Source of the DNA: Armatimonadota bacterium
GTDB lineage: Bacteria > Armatimonadota > SYMT01
Assembly: GCA_046292385.1 (NCBI GenBank)
Contig: JBKBRF010000030.1
Coordinates: 1-64,000, forward strand
Reading direction: 5' to 3'
Length of the DNA: 64,000 nucleotides
Below are positions 61,022 to 64,000 of this stretch, in pieces; the first letter of the stretch is position 1, and every line of letters begins with the position of its first letter. Both the position numbers and the translations under genes were made by a program. Below the pieces are notes generated by a model that saw only the letters and a program-made list of their open reading frames with translations, made no database searches and was not told the DNA's origin.

Positions 61022-63007
61022 ATGACGACTCGCATCCTCCGCCTGCTTCTGCTCCTGGCGCTCGTCTGCTGCGGCGGCCTTCGCCCGGCCCACGCGGCCG
61101 GCTCGATCCGCGTCACCGTAAGCCCCAACGTGCTGCTGGCGGACGGCATCAGCACTACCACGGTGACGGCGGAGGTGCGCAACTCCAACGGACGCCCGGC
61201 GCGGGACGGCACGGAAGTGCGATTCTACACCACCGCCGGCACCATCACGCAGGTGGCGTTCACCTCGGCGGGCGTGGCGCGGGCCACGCTCACCTCCTCC
61301 GCGGTGCCGCAGGCGGCGAACATCAGCGTCTCGGCCGGCCTGGACCAGTCCGTCATCACCGTGCCGATGGTGAGCAAGCTGGTGGAGGCAAACGTCGGCG
61401 GGCGCGTGATGCGCATCACCGGCAAGTACGTGGCGTACAGTGAGGACAAGCGCTACATCCAGGCGGACGACCAGGTGCGGGTGAAGTACCGCGGCGTCAC
61501 GCTGGAAGCGAACTCGGTCCAGATCGACCTCAACCAGGACACCGTGAAGGCCCTGGGGAAGATCCAGATCGCCAGCGACGACAAAACGATGGTCGGCGAG
61601 CGGCTCTGGTGGAATCTCAAGACGTTCGAAGGCTACATCCTGGCGGTGGGGGACCGGCAGTGGTTCAGCGCCTACGGCCTGACCGAGCTGCCGGAGCGTC
61701 CGAAGGAGATGAACCCGGACTTCGACCTGGTCGACATCTCCGACAGCAAGCTGGTCTGGGTCGCCGATCAGGCGAACTACGTGGTGGGCGAGCGAGTGCA
61801 GGTACAGGGCGCTCGCGCCTACGTAGGCGGCATCAAGAGCATCCGCATGCCGTTCCACCAGTCGCACCTGAACGGCGGCGGCTCCTTCGGCACGGGCACC
61901 GACCAGTACGTCGGCCTCGGCACCGAGGGCCTGTCGCTGAACATCCCGCTCTACGTGCGGATGACCCCCGGCTCCAGCACGGCGTTCAACGTCGGCTACG
62001 GCTCCCGCGGCGGGGTCGGCTACTTCAACCGGAACAACGGGCTCAACATCGACCTCGTCCAGCGCTACGGCTTCTCCGGCGCCAGCGAGGGCGAGGCGGC
62101 GCTCACCAACATCAACTCGCTCGACCGGTGGGGCTTCCAGTGGAACCACATGCACCAGGTCACCAAGAGCACCCGCCTGGTGACCAACCTGCAGTTCCCG
62201 TCCCACCGCGACCTCTATGCCCAGGCGAACCTGACCCAGGGCCTGCCGATCGGCACGCTGCAGCTCGCCGTCTCCGGCCAGAAGCCCCAGCGGGCCGGCT
62301 TCTCCAAGACCTACCAGATCGGCTTCGAGTCGAAGCCGAAGCCGCTGCTGGACGGCAAAGTGGGCGTCTCGTTCGAGGCCAGCGCGTTCGGGCAGGACAA
62401 GCAGGATGTGCGGCTCGGCGCCAACCTCAGCCCGGCAGCGCGGCGCGCCTTCCGCGGCAACCGGATCGCGGTGCCGGCCAGGCAGTACCAGAGCTTCGGC
62501 ATCCGGGCGCGTCCGGCGTCGCTCTCGCTGGGCAGCGGTCTCACCCTCGACTCCAGCGTCTCCCTGCGAGCGGTCACCGGCACCATCGGCAGCAGCTTCG
62601 GCCCCTCGTTCGAGACGACGGTCCGCAAGCAGCTCGGCAACAACGGCTTCATCCAGGCCGGCCTGCGCTACAACAACTTGACCACGATCTCGGACGTGAT
62701 CCCGAACCAGGGGAAGCTCGGCGCCACCTTCAACGCGATGGTGCCGGTCGGCAGCCGCTTCAAGCTGAGCGCCTTCGGCACGATGGCGCTCGACGCCACC
62801 AACCACCACAGCCTCCTCCAGGCGAGCTACCAGCTCTCCGACAAGTGGCGCCTCGACTTCCTCCACTCGCTTTTCCAATTCGGCGAGTTCGGCAACTTCG
62901 ACTACCAGCTCGGCATCGCGAGAATGCTCGGCGACCGGGAGCTCGGCCTCTACTGGAGCCACCGGGAGCACCGGGTGCTGGTAGAGTTCGGCGCCGCACG
63001 ATTCTAG
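61022..63007 (+). CDS. Secreted/outer-membrane protein: Ig-like (Big_1) domain + OstA/LptD-like region + probable beta-barrel
   Basis: Signal peptide; ADG.S...VTA.V...G.P..DGT.V.F.T; alternating beta-strand pattern; terminal Phe. Confidence 0.7.
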   Translation: MTTRILRLLLLLALVCCGGLRPAHAAGSIRVTVSPNVLLADGISTTTVTAEVRNSNGRPARDGTEVRFYTTAGTITQVAFTSAGVARATLTSSAVPQAANISVSAGLDQSVITVPMVSKLVEANVGGRVMRITGKYVAYSEDKRYIQADDQVRVKYRGVTLEANSVQIDLNQDTVKALGKIQIASDDKTMVGERLWWNLKTFEGYILAVGDRQWFSAYGLTELPERPKEMNPDFDLVDISDSKLVWVADQANYVVGERVQVQGARAYVGGIKSIRMPFHQSHLNGGGSFGTGTDQYVGLGTEGLSLNIPLYVRMTPGSSTAFNVGYGSRGGVGYFNRNNGLNIDLVQRYGFSGASEGEAALTNINSLDRWGFQWNHMHQVTKSTRLVTNLQFPSHRDLYAQANLTQGLPIGTLQLAVSGQKPQRAGFSKTYQIGFESKPKPLLDGKVGVSFEASAFGQDKQDVRLGANLSPAARRAFRGNRIAVPARQYQSFGIRARPASLSLGSGLTLDSSVSLRAVTGTIGSSFGPSFETTVRKQLGNNGFIQAGLRYNNLTTISDVIPNQGKLGATFNAMVPVGSRFKLSAFGTMALDATNHHSLLQASYQLSDKWRLDFLHSLFQFGEFGNFDYQLGIARMLGDRELGLYWSHREHRVLVEFGAARF

Positions 63008-63181
63008 GGTGTAGGGTGTAGCGTTTAGGGTGTAGGTCTGTGGTTGGCGGACTGCGCCATTCGGGCACGGCTGCTTCTGCACTCGCTTTTGACCGGCACC
63101 AGCGGCGGGAATAGAGGCGCATCGGTTGGGGTGAGCCCAGCCAACCGTGCCCCTACACGCTACACCCTACACCCTAAACCC
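63005..63181. repeat. Inverted TAGGGTG heptamer arrays flanking ~115 bp
   Basis: TAGGGTG units at 63005-63036 and CACCCTA units at 63152-63181. Confidence 0.8.
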
Positions 63182-63264
63182 TTCCCCAAGGCTGGTAACC
63201 CCGGGCCGCCTCCGCACGTCTAAGTGGGTAGCATCGACGGTACGCCGGCCGGGGAGTGCGTTCG

Positions 63265-63293
63265 TTGACGCCCCTCAGGGGCCGTCCTATACT
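63265..63293 (+). promoter_or_regulatory. Sigma70-type promoter TTGACG-N17-TATACT
   Basis: Near-consensus, 52 nt upstream of ATG 63346. Confidence 0.65.
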
Positions 63294-63345
63294 CGGATCA
63301 GGCGAGGGTCGGCCCGCCGCTCGGCGCTCCCGGGGAGTCTGCCAC

Positions 63346-64000
63346 ATGTCACTCAACGTCAGCCAGGACCAGTTGCTCCAGGGCAAGGTCGGCGAGGTCC
63401 GCCGCCGCATCCGCCTCCTGCTCGCGCAGCAGTGGCTCTGCGTGGGGCTGGCGGCCGCGATGGCGGCGAGCCTGCTGCTGGTGGCGCTCACCAAGCTCCA
63501 GTGGTGGACCGACGCGATGGACTACATCTGGGCGCTGATCCTCCTCGGCGGGATCGTGGGGTTCATCGTCGGGTGGTCCCGCAAGATCACCCCGATGGCG
63601 GCGGCGCAGATCGCGGACGAGCGCGCCGGCCTGAAGGAGCGGCTCTCCACGGCGGTGGAGCTCTCGTCCCGCGAGCGCACGGAGCTGACCGACGCGCAGA
63701 TCCACGACGCCGCGCGCCACGCCGAATCGCTGCGCGCCTCCGAAGTGCTGCCGTGGCGCGCGCCGAAGCACCTCCGCTGGGTGGCGGCGGCCGGCGCGGT
63801 GCTGGCGGCGGTCGTCTTCGTCCCGGATCTGCCGATCTTCCACACCAAGCAGGAGCTGGCGGACCGCGAGGCGATGCGGACCGAGGGCGAGCGGATCCAG
63901 CAGATCGCGAAGAGCCTGGAGAAGAAGGCCAGGGAGCAGCGCGCGGACGACAAGAACGCCGAGATCCTGCGCCAGATCAGCCAGAACATGAAGCAGGTGG
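63346..64000 (+). CDS. Membrane protein with coiled-coil region, truncated by the window end
   Basis: Open frame MSLNVSQDQLL..., two TMs, ADERAGLKERLSTAVE, third TM, then a charged helix; no stop, so absent from the ORF track. Confidence 0.8.
   Translation, partial: MSLNVSQDQLLQGKVGEVRRRIRLLLAQQWLCVGLAAAMAASLLLVALTKLQWWTDAMDYIWALILLGGIVGFIVGWSRKITPMAAAQIADERAGLKERLSTAVELSSRERTELTDAQIHDAARHAESLRASEVLPWRAPKHLRWVAAAGAVLAAVVFVPDLPIFHTKQELADREAMRTEGERIQQIAKSLEKKAREQRADDKNAEILRQISQNMKQV

Overview
High-GC bacterial chromosome segment (about 70% GC by eye). The gene content (DUF1549/DUF1553 plus DUF1501 pairs, Uma2, VWA-GATase membrane protein, LptD-like barrel) suggests a diderm Armatimonadota/Planctomycetota-like lineage; this is inference only. 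Housekeeping genes are nadB, hom-thrC-purC plus an ApgM-like gene, lnt, rplY, tRNA-Phe and tRNA-Thr. There are several two-component and cyclic-nucleotide signalling genes and many secreted or membrane proteins. I saw no CRISPR array, integrase or transposase. Main signals not explained by the ORF track: (1) a Rdx/SelW-family selenoprotein with an in-frame UGA (CxxU) and a SECIS-like hairpin; (2) dispersed elements with a shared CTCCG-N6-9-RGGGTTCGR core flanked by short tandem-repeat arms of different unit sequence, one inserted in frame in a gene; (3) two copies of a ~550 bp fold-back element with compensatory changes; (4) a secreted S8 protease with a Trp-hexad tail coupled to a membrane-sensor hybrid kinase behind a structured leader; (5) enzymes with degenerate or non-canonical active sites. 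Family assignments come from motif recognition, not database searches. Start codons were chosen by eye from RBS and protein context.
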